64,000 bases of DNA from Gemmatimonadota bacterium. GTDB lineage: Bacteria > Gemmatimonadota > Gemmatimonadetes > Gemmatimonadales > GWC2-71-9. The notes beneath the pieces were generated by a model. That model was not told the origin of the DNA and searched no databases. It saw nothing but the letters and a program-made list of their open reading frames with translations. Within the stretch, counting starts at the first letter, position 1, and each line of letters begins with the position of its first letter. Shown piece after piece: positions 25,447-34,492 of the stretch. The stretch is taken from positions 224,001-288,000 of the forward strand of contig JBDHAB010000001.1 in assembly GCA_039588295.1 (NCBI GenBank), read 5' to 3'. The position numbers and the translations under genes were made by a program.

Positions 25447-28362
25447 ATGACGGACCTGCTGGACCGCCTCAAGACTGCCCTCGCCGACCGCTACGCCATC
25501 GAGCGCGAGTTGGGTCGTGGGGGGATGGCCGTCGTCTACCTCGCCAACGACAGCAAGCTCGGTCGCCCCGTCGCCCTCAAGGTGCTCCGTCCCGAGTTCG
25601 CTGCCTCACTCGGCGCCGAGCGGTTCCTCCGCGAGATCGAGATCGCGGCGAAGCTCACCCATCCCAACATCCTGGCACTCCACGACTGCGGTGAGGCCGA
25701 GGGCCAGTTGTACTACACAATGCCGTTCGTGGAGGGTGAGTCTCTCCGTGATCGGCTGAACCGCGAGAAGCAGCTTCCCATTGACGACGCGCTCCAGATC
25801 ACCAAGGAGGTGGCCGACGCGCTCGGCTATGCCCATTCGCTTGGCATCGTGCACCGCGACATCAAGCCCGAGAACATCCTGTTCACCGCAGGCCATGCGG
25901 TGGTGAGTGACTTTGGCATTGCGCGAGCGGTGACGGAGGCGGCAGGAGAGACGCTCACTGAGACTGGCCTCGCGGTTGGCACCCCGGCGTACATGAGTCC
26001 TGAGCAGGCGGCGGGCTCGAAGGGTATCGATGCGCGGACGGACATCTACTCGCTCGGCTGCGTGTTGTACGAGATGTTCGTGGGGGAGCCACCGTACACT
26101 GGCCCCAGTGCCCAGGTGATTCTCGCGCGCAAGTCGGTCGAAGCGGTGCCGAGCCTCAGCGTCGCACGGGAGACCGTTCCCGACCAAGTCGAACACGCGG
26201 TCACTAAGGCGCTGGCCAAGGTTCCAGCAGACCGATTCGCAACGGCCGCACAGTTCTCTGATGCGTTACACGGAGTATCGCTCGCACCTGCGCCGCCGCG
26301 TCGGCGAAGAATCACGGTAGCTGTGGTCACTACTCTCTTCATCGCGGCGGCAGCAGTCCTTTCGCTCCTCGCTGTCAAGCGCGAGAGGTCTGCCGATCTG
26401 GATCCCAATGCCATTGCGGTGCTGCCGTTCAGGGTCGTGGGCGGCAGCCCCGCTGTCGGTGCACTCGCAGGGGCGATACCGGAGTTGTTCCACACGCAGG
26501 TCACTGGTGAGTTCGGGCCGTGTGCCAGCTACCCGCCGACAGTCATTCATGCCTGGCAGCGCGCCGGCGGCGGGCTCGGCGAGCCACTGGAAGCCGTTGC
26601 GGAACTCGAGCTGGCGCGAGCCGTGGGTGCCGGGCTCCTGGTCAGCGGTTCGGTCATCGGGACGGACACGAGCATCATCATCACGGCCACGATGCGCAAT
26701 GTCGCGAGCGGTGATATCCGTGTGCCCCCGACGAAGGTCGAGGGTCAGTACGAGCGGCGGTTTGCACTGGTCGACCAGCTCGTCGTACAGCTCCTGTCCA
26801 GGGACTTCGGCGAGGCGACCGAGCACCTCCAGGAGTTTGCGCGCCACCCATCCGAGGCTGTCCAGGCCTACTTGGCCGGGCGAAAACACTGGCAGGATTT
26901 CGACTGGGTAGCGGCGGAGGCGAAATTCGGTGAAGCGCTCCGGTATGACTCGACGTTCGTGCTAGCCGCGCTCTACAAGTTCGCTGCGACGGAGTCGGAC
27001 ACCGCGGCTGCACGGCTCGCGTGGGAGGGGCAAGACCGGTTGACCCCCACCGACCGAGTGTATCTGCACGCGATCGCCGGTCGCCTCTTCGGCGTCACAC
27101 GGACAAGGCGAGAGGAGATTGCTGGGCTCGAAGAGGCAGTGCGCCTCGGGCCCAACAGAACTGACCTGCTGACCGCGCTAGGAGTCCGGTACGCGAATCT
27201 TGGGACGTTTGTGGTGCCCGATTGGATCGGCCGTGCCCGGCATGCTCTGGAGCGTGCCGTTGCGCAGGACTCGGCGAACGCGTTGGCACTGCTGCTACTG
27301 CTGGAGCTAGCGGTCTTCGAAAGGGACACCGCACGGGTGGGTCGTCTGGCAGATGTCTATTGGGACATTGGTGCGGGGACGAAGTGGGAGCCCTACGCGC
27401 GCTGGTTAGTCGCGGAAGCCCTCGGCGACACGGCTGAGGCCCGCCGTCGCTGGGCGCGACTGGGACCAAGAGGAGTGTACAACTACATGTTGGCCTCGTC
27501 CTCCTTTGGCCTGGGTGTCGACCGCCTAGCACGCCAGCACCTTGCGGTAACCTACGTGGGATCCATGATGGAATTCAGGGGGAAAACGCTGTGGGCCCGT
27601 TATCGGGGGTGGTACGACGAATGGCGCACGTATCGCGAGTCCTACTTCAACGCCAGCGCACCCGTGACGGCGGCAGCGTTCCGCATCCGCGATGCGCTGT
27701 TCTTCGGGGAGTGGAACGAGGCAGTTCCCGCTGCCGTGCGTGTCTTCACAATCATCGCCGACGGCGATTCCAGTCCGCCACCCCCGTCCCACGTGAGCGG
27801 AGTCGCTCACTGCTGGAGCGCACTGTGGCGGCTCGATCGAGGTGATACCGACGCTGCGCATGCTGCCATTGGGTACCTGCGCCACGAAGCTCGCTTCCCG
27901 GAACGCTACACGGTCTGTGCCGCGCTGCTCGACGCGCTCCTCGCCAGGGCCGAGGGGCGGGATCCACAGGCTGCTGTCTTGCGCCTGGACTCGCTGGCTC
28001 GGGAGGGACCGCAGGATCTCTATCTCGGCTGGTGGTTGACGGAGCATGACCACATGTCAGGGCTCAGAAACCTGCTCGACGTTCGGCTGCTCCTGGAGAT
28101 CGGCGATACTACACGGGCGCTGGAGGCAACTCGTCGCGGGCAAGGAGGCGGTGCGTGGCGGTCCGTTTGGACTGAAGGCTACCTGCTGGATCTGCTGCGG
28201 GAAGAGGGCCGGCTGGCAGCGGCTGTGGGCGACACCGCCGCCGCGACGCGCGCGTACCAGCACTACCTCACATTACGCGAGGATCCCGATCCGCCCTGGC
28301 GGGAGGAATGGCAGCAGGTGCGGGCCGAGGTGGCGGCGCTGGTCGGCGAGCCGCGACGCTGA
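25447..28362 (+). CDS. Ser/Thr kinase with TM, TolB-N-like (IAVLPF) and TPR-like C-terminal region
   Basis: GRGGMA, VALK, HRDIKPEN, DFGIA, GTPAYMSPEQ; IAVLPF; TPR helices. Confidence 0.93.
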   Translation: MTDLLDRLKTALADRYAIERELGRGGMAVVYLANDSKLGRPVALKVLRPEFAASLGAERFLREIEIAAKLTHPNILALHDCGEAEGQLYYTMPFVEGESLRDRLNREKQLPIDDALQITKEVADALGYAHSLGIVHRDIKPENILFTAGHAVVSDFGIARAVTEAAGETLTETGLAVGTPAYMSPEQAAGSKGIDARTDIYSLGCVLYEMFVGEPPYTGPSAQVILARKSVEAVPSLSVARETVPDQVEHAVTKALAKVPADRFATAAQFSDALHGVSLAPAPPRRRRITVAVVTTLFIAAAAVLSLLAVKRERSADLDPNAIAVLPFRVVGGSPAVGALAGAIPELFHTQVTGEFGPCASYPPTVIHAWQRAGGGLGEPLEAVAELELARAVGAGLLVSGSVIGTDTSIIITATMRNVASGDIRVPPTKVEGQYERRFALVDQLVVQLLSRDFGEATEHLQEFARHPSEAVQAYLAGRKHWQDFDWVAAEAKFGEALRYDSTFVLAALYKFAATESDTAAARLAWEGQDRLTPTDRVYLHAIAGRLFGVTRTRREEIAGLEEAVRLGPNRTDLLTALGVRYANLGTFVVPDWIGRARHALERAVAQDSANALALLLLLELAVFERDTARVGRLADVYWDIGAGTKWEPYARWLVAEALGDTAEARRRWARLGPRGVYNYMLASSSFGLGVDRLARQHLAVTYVGSMMEFRGKTLWARYRGWYDEWRTYRESYFNASAPVTAAAFRIRDALFFGEWNEAVPAAVRVFTIIADGDSSPPPPSHVSGVAHCWSALWRLDRGDTDAAHAAIGYLRHEARFPERYTVCAALLDALLARAEGRDPQAAVLRLDSLAREGPQDLYLGWWLTEHDHMSGLRNLLDVRLLLEIGDTTRALEATRRGQGGGAWRSVWTEGYLLDLLREEGRLAAAVGDTAAATRAYQHYLTLREDPDPPWREEWQQVRAEVAALVGEPRR

Positions 28363-28398
28363 CGCCCCGCGCCTGGGAAGCTCCTTGGGAAGGTTTTG

Positions 28399-28497
28399 CC
28401 GCAAACGGACGCAAAGAGATGCAACGATATACAAAGGGTCGGTCGCGTAACCGCCTGAGACGGATACTAGACGCAAACGACAACAACTAGACGCAAA
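28399..28497 (+). repeat. Phased GACGCAAA-like direct repeats (possible integrase arm-type sites)
   Basis: ACTAGACGCAAA at 28466 and 28486; 10-nt period GACGCAAAGA/GATGCAACGA/TATACAAAGG at 28408-28437. Confidence 0.55.
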
Positions 28498-28510
28498 GAC
28501 TCGGCGAGAA

Positions 28511-28554
28511 CTGCAAAACCTCCATTCGGCGGTTCGAGTCCGCCCGGTGCCTCT
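28511..28554 (+). repeat. Duplicated 3' half of tRNA-Cys (att site)
   Basis: CTGCAAAACCTCCATTCGGCGGTTCGAGTCCGCCCGGTGCCTCT. Confidence 0.92.
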
Positions 28555-28557
28555 CGG

Positions 28558-28586
28558 AAACGGGCCCGCAGTCGCGGGCCCGTTTG
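28558..28586 (+). terminator. Terminator-like hairpin after the att copy
   Basis: AAACGGGCCCGC-AGTC-GCGGGCCCGTTT perfect inverted repeat. Confidence 0.75.
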
Positions 28587-28637
28587 CCTGCGCCACCGGG
28601 CTGCTTCGGTCCTCGCCACTCCTCTGGCGACTCGTGG

Positions 28638-28693
28638 CATTCGGATCGAGTCCGCCCGGCGCCTCTGAGGTAAGGCCCTGCAATGCGGGGCCT
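28638..28693 (+). repeat. Second, degenerate tRNA-Cys 3' fragment plus hairpin
   Basis: TCGAGTCCGCCCGGCGCCTCTG (28646-28667) is identical to the tRNA 3' end and is preceded by CATTCGG; hairpin AGGCCCTGC-AAT-GCGGGGCCT follows. Confidence 0.8.
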
Positions 28694-28707
28694 CAGTGGT
28701 TTCGGCG

Positions 28708-28814
28708 CTTGTCGGTAGGCAGTTGTCAGTTCTTAGTCTTCAGTCTTCAGCAAGCCGTTAGCTATCGGCCTCTTACCGCTTCTCCCTCCACCGCCCCACC
28801 GCTGTCAATTGTCA
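28708..28814. repeat. Degenerate heptamer tandem repeats downstream of the kinase
   Basis: CTTGTCG GTAGGCA GTTGTCA GTTCTTA GTCTTCA GTCTTCA .. GCCGTTA GCTATCG; GCTGTCA ATTGTCA across the stop codon. Confidence 0.75.
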
Positions 28815-31465
28815 GTCACCGACCGCCGCCGGACTTCGTCGGTCCAGTTGAGTACGAGCACCATCTCCGACAGGCGTCCTTGATGAACCATTACAAACCG
28901 GCCGTCCGGCCCCACATCATAGTTGGCATGTGGGTCAGCCGGCTCGTACTCGCTGGCATCGAACAGCGCCTGGCGAGAGAGAACGCGGAACTCAGGGTCC
29001 GTTGCAACACTGAGGGCCACGAGCTGGGAGCCTCGCTGCTCGAATCCTACGTAGTACAACTCACGCCCGTCCCGCGACCATACGGCCTCGCGACCACCGT
29101 TTTGCGAGACAAGCACCTTTGCGCCCGGGCCGGGATAGGGACGCACATAGACCTCGTTCTGGCCGGATTCGTCGGACGTGTAGGCAAGCCATTGCCCATT
29201 CGGAGAAAGGGCAGGCCATCCCTCATTGAAAGGCGTGGCGAGAAGCGCCTCGGGTTCCGGAGCTCCCAGGTTGAGTATTGTACCGATATCCCAACTCCCG
29301 TCCGTCCCTAGAGGGATCGTGAGCACCCGGTTACCGTCGGGCGTGAATGTACCCGCAGTCGTAGGTGCGTCACCCACGAATAACCGCTCGGCAACGCCAG
29401 AACCGTCAGCGTTCTGAAGAAAGACACCGACCACTCCGTTGGGGGCAGAGGCATACGCGACTCTCCGACCATCAGGCGTCCATACCGGATCGTGCCCATC
29501 GTTAGCAAAGGTGAGACGCGTGAGCGTGTTCTGCCGGAGATCCAGCGTCCACACATCACGGCTTCCTTGATAGCTGAAGTCGACCGCGATGTAGCGTCCG
29601 TCCGGTGATAGGCGCGGACTGTGAAATCGGCGCCGAAGATCCGAGACGACTGCCCGGGTGCCCTGACGATCAACCAACGCGAGACTGAACGGCGACTCGG
29701 GGACATACACGAGCGACCCGGTCTCCGAGACGGAAAGGTGTGCCGGACCGCCGACCGAGATCCGCACATCTTGCGCGAGTGTCACCGGCGATCCCGTGAT
29801 CGCCAATTGGCCGACGTCAAACGCCGCAGCAATCAACGCCCCGTCAGGTTGCGCCCACAAGAGGTAGCCGTCGTCGTATGCCATAGCGTTGATCGCCGAC
29901 TCAATGAGGACCGTCCGCTTACCAGACTCCGTGTCGATAGCGATCCCGTGCCCGTTCGTGGAACCCTGCGTCGCCGCGGTGAGCAGCACGGTCCTCCCGT
30001 CCGGCAAGATGTCCGACACGTACAACGCGGTCTCTCCCCGTGTCGAGTCCGGCTCGGCAACGACCGACAAGGAGCCGTCCACACCGAGACGCCGCAGCAC
30101 CCCATCCCCAGTAACAGTCAGCAACGATCCATCGTCGAGCCAGAGCGATGACGGAAAGCCTGAGAAGGGCGCATTCTGTACGGTCACCGGTGCGCCGCCC
30201 GTTACCGCGACCTTCTTCAGTGCGTTCCCCGAGTAGAATGCCACCCATCGGCCGTCGGGCGTGAAGAACGGACTGATCGCCCCCTCGGTGCCAGGCATCG
30301 GTGTCGGTGTCAGTTCGTCCAGACGGCGGAGGTAGAGCTGCGTGCCCCCAGTGCTCACGCCCACGTAGGCGACCGCGTCGCCTTGAGGCGAGAGCGTCAG
30401 CACCCGATACGGAACACCGGGCAGCCGATGCGTGCTGTCTGTCGCGATCGTGAACCGACCTACCAGATTTGTGTCGGACTGTGCTCGGCTCATCACGCGA
30501 CCCGCCACAAGCCCGACGGCAAGCGTGAGACCTGCGAAGGTCCACGGGATCCATCGACTCGTCGCGGATGGAGCGGCGCTCGCAACGCGAGGGGTCACCG
30601 TGGGTGTCGCACCCTCGGAACCGATGCTGAAGCCCGGGTCTTTGAGCGCCGTTGCGAACTCGGCTGCACTGGCGAACCGATCGGCTGGCAACTTGTTAAG
30701 CGCCTTCCCAATGGCCGCCGCCACGTGCGATGGTACCGTGTCGCGCGAGGCCGTCACCGGCGGCGCCTTCTCCGTGATCACCTTTGCCACAATCGCCTGC
30801 GCCGTGCTCCCCGTGTACGGCGGATCGCCTGTCAGCATCTCATAGAGCATGGCGCCGAGACTGTAGACATCGCTGCGTGCATCCAGCTCCCGATCCCCCA
30901 TCGCTTGCTCGGGACTCATGTAGTGCGGTGTCCCAATCGACAGCCCCGTCTCGGTCAACCGCGCCCCGCCCGCATGACTCACGGCCAACGCAATGCCAAA
31001 GTCCGCCACCAACGCCTGCCCATCATGGAGCAGGATGTTCGCCGGCTTGATATCGCGATGAATCACATCGTGGCGATGCGCGTAATCGAGCGCCGCCGCC
31101 ACCGAGCGCGTGAGCTCCACTGCCTCCTCGATCCCGAACTGCTTCTCCCGATCCAGCTTATCCCGCAGGGTGTCGCCCTCGACATACGGCATCACATAGT
31201 AGAGAAACGTCTCCGCTTCCCCACTGTCGTAGAGCGGCAGGATGTTCGGATGCTGCAGATTGGCCGTGACCTTGATCTCGGCCAAGAACCGCTCGGCCCC
31301 AATGACCGCGGCCAGCTCGGGCTTCAAGACCTTGAGGGCCACTTTCCGATCGTGCTTCAGATCGTGGGCGAGAAAGACGGTGGCCATGCCGCCTTCGCCA
31401 AGCTCGCGCTCGATCGCGTAGCGGTCGGCGAGGGCGGTTTTGAGTTGGGAGGTGAGTTCGGGCAT
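28805..31465 (-). CDS. Ser/Thr kinase with TM and TolB/PD40 beta-propeller sensor
   Basis: GEGGMA, VALK, HRDIKPAN, DFGIA, GTPHYMSPEQ; multiple SPDG/WTPDG repeats. Confidence 0.95.
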   Translation of the reverse strand: MPELTSQLKTALADRYAIERELGEGGMATVFLAHDLKHDRKVALKVLKPELAAVIGAERFLAEIKVTANLQHPNILPLYDSGEAETFLYYVMPYVEGDTLRDKLDREKQFGIEEAVELTRSVAAALDYAHRHDVIHRDIKPANILLHDGQALVADFGIALAVSHAGGARLTETGLSIGTPHYMSPEQAMGDRELDARSDVYSLGAMLYEMLTGDPPYTGSTAQAIVAKVITEKAPPVTASRDTVPSHVAAAIGKALNKLPADRFASAAEFATALKDPGFSIGSEGATPTVTPRVASAAPSATSRWIPWTFAGLTLAVGLVAGRVMSRAQSDTNLVGRFTIATDSTHRLPGVPYRVLTLSPQGDAVAYVGVSTGGTQLYLRRLDELTPTPMPGTEGAISPFFTPDGRWVAFYSGNALKKVAVTGGAPVTVQNAPFSGFPSSLWLDDGSLLTVTGDGVLRRLGVDGSLSVVAEPDSTRGETALYVSDILPDGRTVLLTAATQGSTNGHGIAIDTESGKRTVLIESAINAMAYDDGYLLWAQPDGALIAAAFDVGQLAITGSPVTLAQDVRISVGGPAHLSVSETGSLVYVPESPFSLALVDRQGTRAVVSDLRRRFHSPRLSPDGRYIAVDFSYQGSRDVWTLDLRQNTLTRLTFANDGHDPVWTPDGRRVAYASAPNGVVGVFLQNADGSGVAERLFVGDAPTTAGTFTPDGNRVLTIPLGTDGSWDIGTILNLGAPEPEALLATPFNEGWPALSPNGQWLAYTSDESGQNEVYVRPYPGPGAKVLVSQNGGREAVWSRDGRELYYVGFEQRGSQLVALSVATDPEFRVLSRQALFDASEYEPADPHANYDVGPDGRFVMVHQGRLSEMVLVLNWTDEVRRRSVTDN

Positions 31466-31468
31466 CCA

Positions 31469-31531
31469 GTCGTCGGTCGTTAGTTGTCGGTTGTCGGTTG
31501 TCGTACGCCCTGCGTCTTGCCCTTTATCCCT
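31469..31531. repeat. Heptamer tandem repeats abutting the kinase start codon
   Basis: GTCGTCG GTCGTTA GTTGTCG GTTGTCG GTTGTCG, then TACGCCC TGCGTCT TGCCCTT TATCCCT. Confidence 0.8.
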
Positions 31532-31983
31532 TGCAAGTCACCACTGCGCACTCCGTGCACACACCCCAGGCGCCACCACACATGATGACGGAAGGCGGGG
31601 ACCCCCGACGCTCGCAGTGGATCGGAACCGGCTTTGGCCGAGGACATCTCGGCGCGCGAGATCCCTTGGCAAAACCGGGCGGCTACCGTATCGGGAATAA
31701 CCGACCAAAGCTATAGGCTTTCCGTCTTCTCGGCCAGGGAACCACCATCCCGTGAACAAGTAAACCCCGTTAAGCAATTCGCCCCCAAGTACAGTTGAAC
31801 CGCTCATGCGTCCGGCGAGCGGTCGGCGGCTTGATGACCCCCGGGTTTCTCTCGCGCCTCGAGGACGGCCTGCGCGGTCAGGAACTCACGCAGGTGCGTG
31901 ACTGCATCGTCCAGATCCGGAACAGGCTCAGGAATGTGGCGTTCGAGGGATGCTAGGGTGGGAAGACCGGCGAGCCGCATCTG

Positions 31984-32122
31984 ATCGACTTCGACGGCCA
32001 GCGCTACGAGCACGACGTGCTCGTGCAACGCGACGGTTCTGTCGAGAAGCGCAAGAAGAAACTCTCCAGGCGCGTCTACGGGACCTCCCACACGGTATCG
32101 CTGGACGAGACCAAGCACATCC
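31984..32122 (+). pseudogene. Fragment of an Mth938/AAMDC-like protein
   Basis: IDFDGQRYEHDVLVQRDGSVEKRKKKLSRRVYGTSHTVSLDETKHI; in-frame TAG at 31954 and no proper start; C-terminal half missing. Confidence 0.6.
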
Positions 32123-32254
32123 GGACGCTTAGGTCTTACCGCTGGTCAAACTCCAGCCTTCACAGAACCGAGGCAGAAGTGACGAGGCTGGCTCTCTGCA
32201 GAGAGGATTCCCACACCGTCGGGCGGTGCGCGCAGCGCCAACTTTGGTGCGGCG

Positions 32255-34492
32255 TCAGTCTGACGGTTGGAGGATGACCGCGCCCAACGGCGGCAGGCGG
32301 AGACGGATGGACTGCGGTAGTCCGTGAAATGGCGCCGGATCCGTGACTGCCCACTCAACGGTATCGAAGCCGCTCCCGCCATACTCGGATCGATCGCTTG
32401 AGAGCCGCTCGCGGTAGCGTCCCGGCCGCGGAACGCCGATCCGGTACTCGTCGCGCGGCACGGGGGTCAGGTTGAGCACCACGATCGCGTGAGCATCGCC
32501 GTCACGCCGGATGTAGGACAGGATGCTGTTATCGAGGTCGCCACAATCGATCCACGAGAAGCCGTCCGGGTCGGGATCTCTCCGCCACAAACAGGTCAGC
32601 TCTCGGTACAACGCGCCGAGATCAACGAGGAACCGCGACAGGCCGGCTCGGTTCGGATCGTCCATCAGGTGCCAATCGAGGCTGACGTCGTGATTCCACT
32701 CACGATCCGACGCGAGTTCCGCGCCCATGAACAGCAGCTGTTTGCCCGGGCGGGTGTACTGGTACGTGTAAAGTGCGCGGAGATTTGCCAGCTTCTGCCA
32801 CTGGTCGCCCGGCATGTTGCTGAAGAGCGAGCCTTTGCCGTGCACGACCTCGTCGTGTGACAACGGCATGATAAAGCGCTCACTGTACTCGTAGATCATC
32901 GCGAACGAGAGTTGATCTTGGTGGTGGCTCCGATGCACCGGATCACGCTTGAAGTACTCAAGCGTGTCGTGCATCCAACCCATGTTCCACTTGAAGGTGA
33001 ATCCGAGACCACCTTCGGACGTCGGTTGCGTGACCCCGCTCCACGCAGTGGACTCTTCCGCCACCGTGAAGCACCCCGGTTGATCAGTCGCCACCGCGTC
33101 GTTCAGGGCCTTGAGGAACGCCACGGCCTCCAGGTTCTCGCGCCCGCCGAACTCGTTGGGGATCCACTGTCCCTCTTCGCGGCTGTAGTCAAGGTACAGC
33201 ATGGAAGCGACCGCATCGACGCGCAGCCCGTCGATGTGGAATTCGCTTAGCCAATACAGGGCGTTCGCGATGAGGAACCCCGTGACTTCCTTCCTGCCGT
33301 AGTTGAAGATGAGCGTACCCCAATCCGGGTGCTCGCCACGTCGCCAATCCTCATGTTCGTAGAGCGCCGAGCCGTCGAATCGGCGCAGCGCGAAGTCATC
33401 CTTCGGGAAATGCGCCGGGACCCAATCGAGAATCACACCGATATCGTGCCGGTGGCAGTAGTCCACAAAGAACCGGAAATCGTCTGACGTGCCGTAGCGC
33501 GAGGTCGGCGCGTAGTATCCGGAGACTTGATACCCCCACGATCCGGCGAACGGGTGTTCCATGATGGGGAGCAGCTCGATGTGGGTGAAGCCCAGTCGCG
33601 TCACGTGCTCGACCAGTTTCGGGGCGAGCTCCCGGTAGGTCAGGGGACGGTCATGCTCCTCCGGAACGCGTACCCACGACCCCACGTGCACTTCGTAGAT
33701 CGCCATGGGCTCCCGAGTGGGGTCCCGCTGCGCGCGTCGCTGCATCCACTCGTGATCACTCCACTGGAACGACGAAACCACTACGCGAGATGCGGTGCCG
33801 GGCGGCATCTCCATTGCGTTGCCATAGGGATCCGCTTTCCGCCGGATGTCTCCGTCGCGCGTCCTGATCTCGAACTTGTACAATGAACCCGGCCCTATGG
33901 CCGGCACGAACAGCTCGAAGATCCCAGAAGATCCGAGCGCGCGCATCGGGAGGATCCGCCCGTCCCAGCGGCAGAAGTCGCCCACCACGCTCACGCGACG
34001 GGCGCTCGGCGCCCACACGGCGAACGCCACCCCGTCCACGCCGTCGATCGTGCGCGCGTGCGCACCGAGACGAGTCCAGAGCTGGCGGTGCGTTCCCTCG
34101 TTGAAGAGGTGGAGGTCCATATCGCCGACGGTGGGGAGAAAACGATAGGGATCGTCGAACACCCATGTGTCCCCACTCGCGAAATGAAAGCGTAGTTGGT
34201 ACGCGATCGGTGGACTCACCCCGGCGAGAAAACCGGCGTAGAGGCCTCCCTCCCCCACCATTTCTAGCTCCACGGGCGCCCAGCCGCCGACCAGGCACCA
34301 CACGGCGGTGGCCTCGGGATGAAACGCCCGAATCACCGTCCCGCGCCGCCGCCCTACGGTGGCCGGATGGGCTCCGAGAACGGCATGCGGTTGCGTGTGC
34401 TCGCCCGCCACGAGCGCGCGCCGATCGGTCTCGGGCACGGCGAGCGGCGCAGGTCGAGAGGACCGTTTGGCTGCCTTTCCCGGTCGCTGCAT
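32255..34492 (-). CDS. glgB: 1,4-alpha-glucan branching enzyme
   Basis: FAVWAP, SWGYQ, DWVPAHF, DGLRVDAVASMLY, AEEST, WNMGWMHD, LSHDEVVHGK; ATG overlaps the glgX TGA. Confidence 0.97.
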   Translation of the reverse strand: MQRPGKAAKRSSRPAPLAVPETDRRALVAGEHTQPHAVLGAHPATVGRRRGTVIRAFHPEATAVWCLVGGWAPVELEMVGEGGLYAGFLAGVSPPIAYQLRFHFASGDTWVFDDPYRFLPTVGDMDLHLFNEGTHRQLWTRLGAHARTIDGVDGVAFAVWAPSARRVSVVGDFCRWDGRILPMRALGSSGIFELFVPAIGPGSLYKFEIRTRDGDIRRKADPYGNAMEMPPGTASRVVVSSFQWSDHEWMQRRAQRDPTREPMAIYEVHVGSWVRVPEEHDRPLTYRELAPKLVEHVTRLGFTHIELLPIMEHPFAGSWGYQVSGYYAPTSRYGTSDDFRFFVDYCHRHDIGVILDWVPAHFPKDDFALRRFDGSALYEHEDWRRGEHPDWGTLIFNYGRKEVTGFLIANALYWLSEFHIDGLRVDAVASMLYLDYSREEGQWIPNEFGGRENLEAVAFLKALNDAVATDQPGCFTVAEESTAWSGVTQPTSEGGLGFTFKWNMGWMHDTLEYFKRDPVHRSHHQDQLSFAMIYEYSERFIMPLSHDEVVHGKGSLFSNMPGDQWQKLANLRALYTYQYTRPGKQLLFMGAELASDREWNHDVSLDWHLMDDPNRAGLSRFLVDLGALYRELTCLWRRDPDPDGFSWIDCGDLDNSILSYIRRDGDAHAIVVLNLTPVPRDEYRIGVPRPGRYRERLSSDRSEYGGSGFDTVEWAVTDPAPFHGLPQSIRLRLPPLGAVILQPSD

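Noticed and set aside
25391..28510. Prophage
   Set aside because: No integrase, structural or replication genes between the att repeats
28399..31531. CRISPR array
   Set aside because: Repeats are 7-12 nt tandem units without unique spacers; no cas genes
31668..31745. c-di-GMP-I riboswitch-like words (GGCAAAAC...GACCAAAGCTATAGG)
   Set aside because: No GNRA-capped P2 or receptor pairing, and no intact downstream gene on that strand
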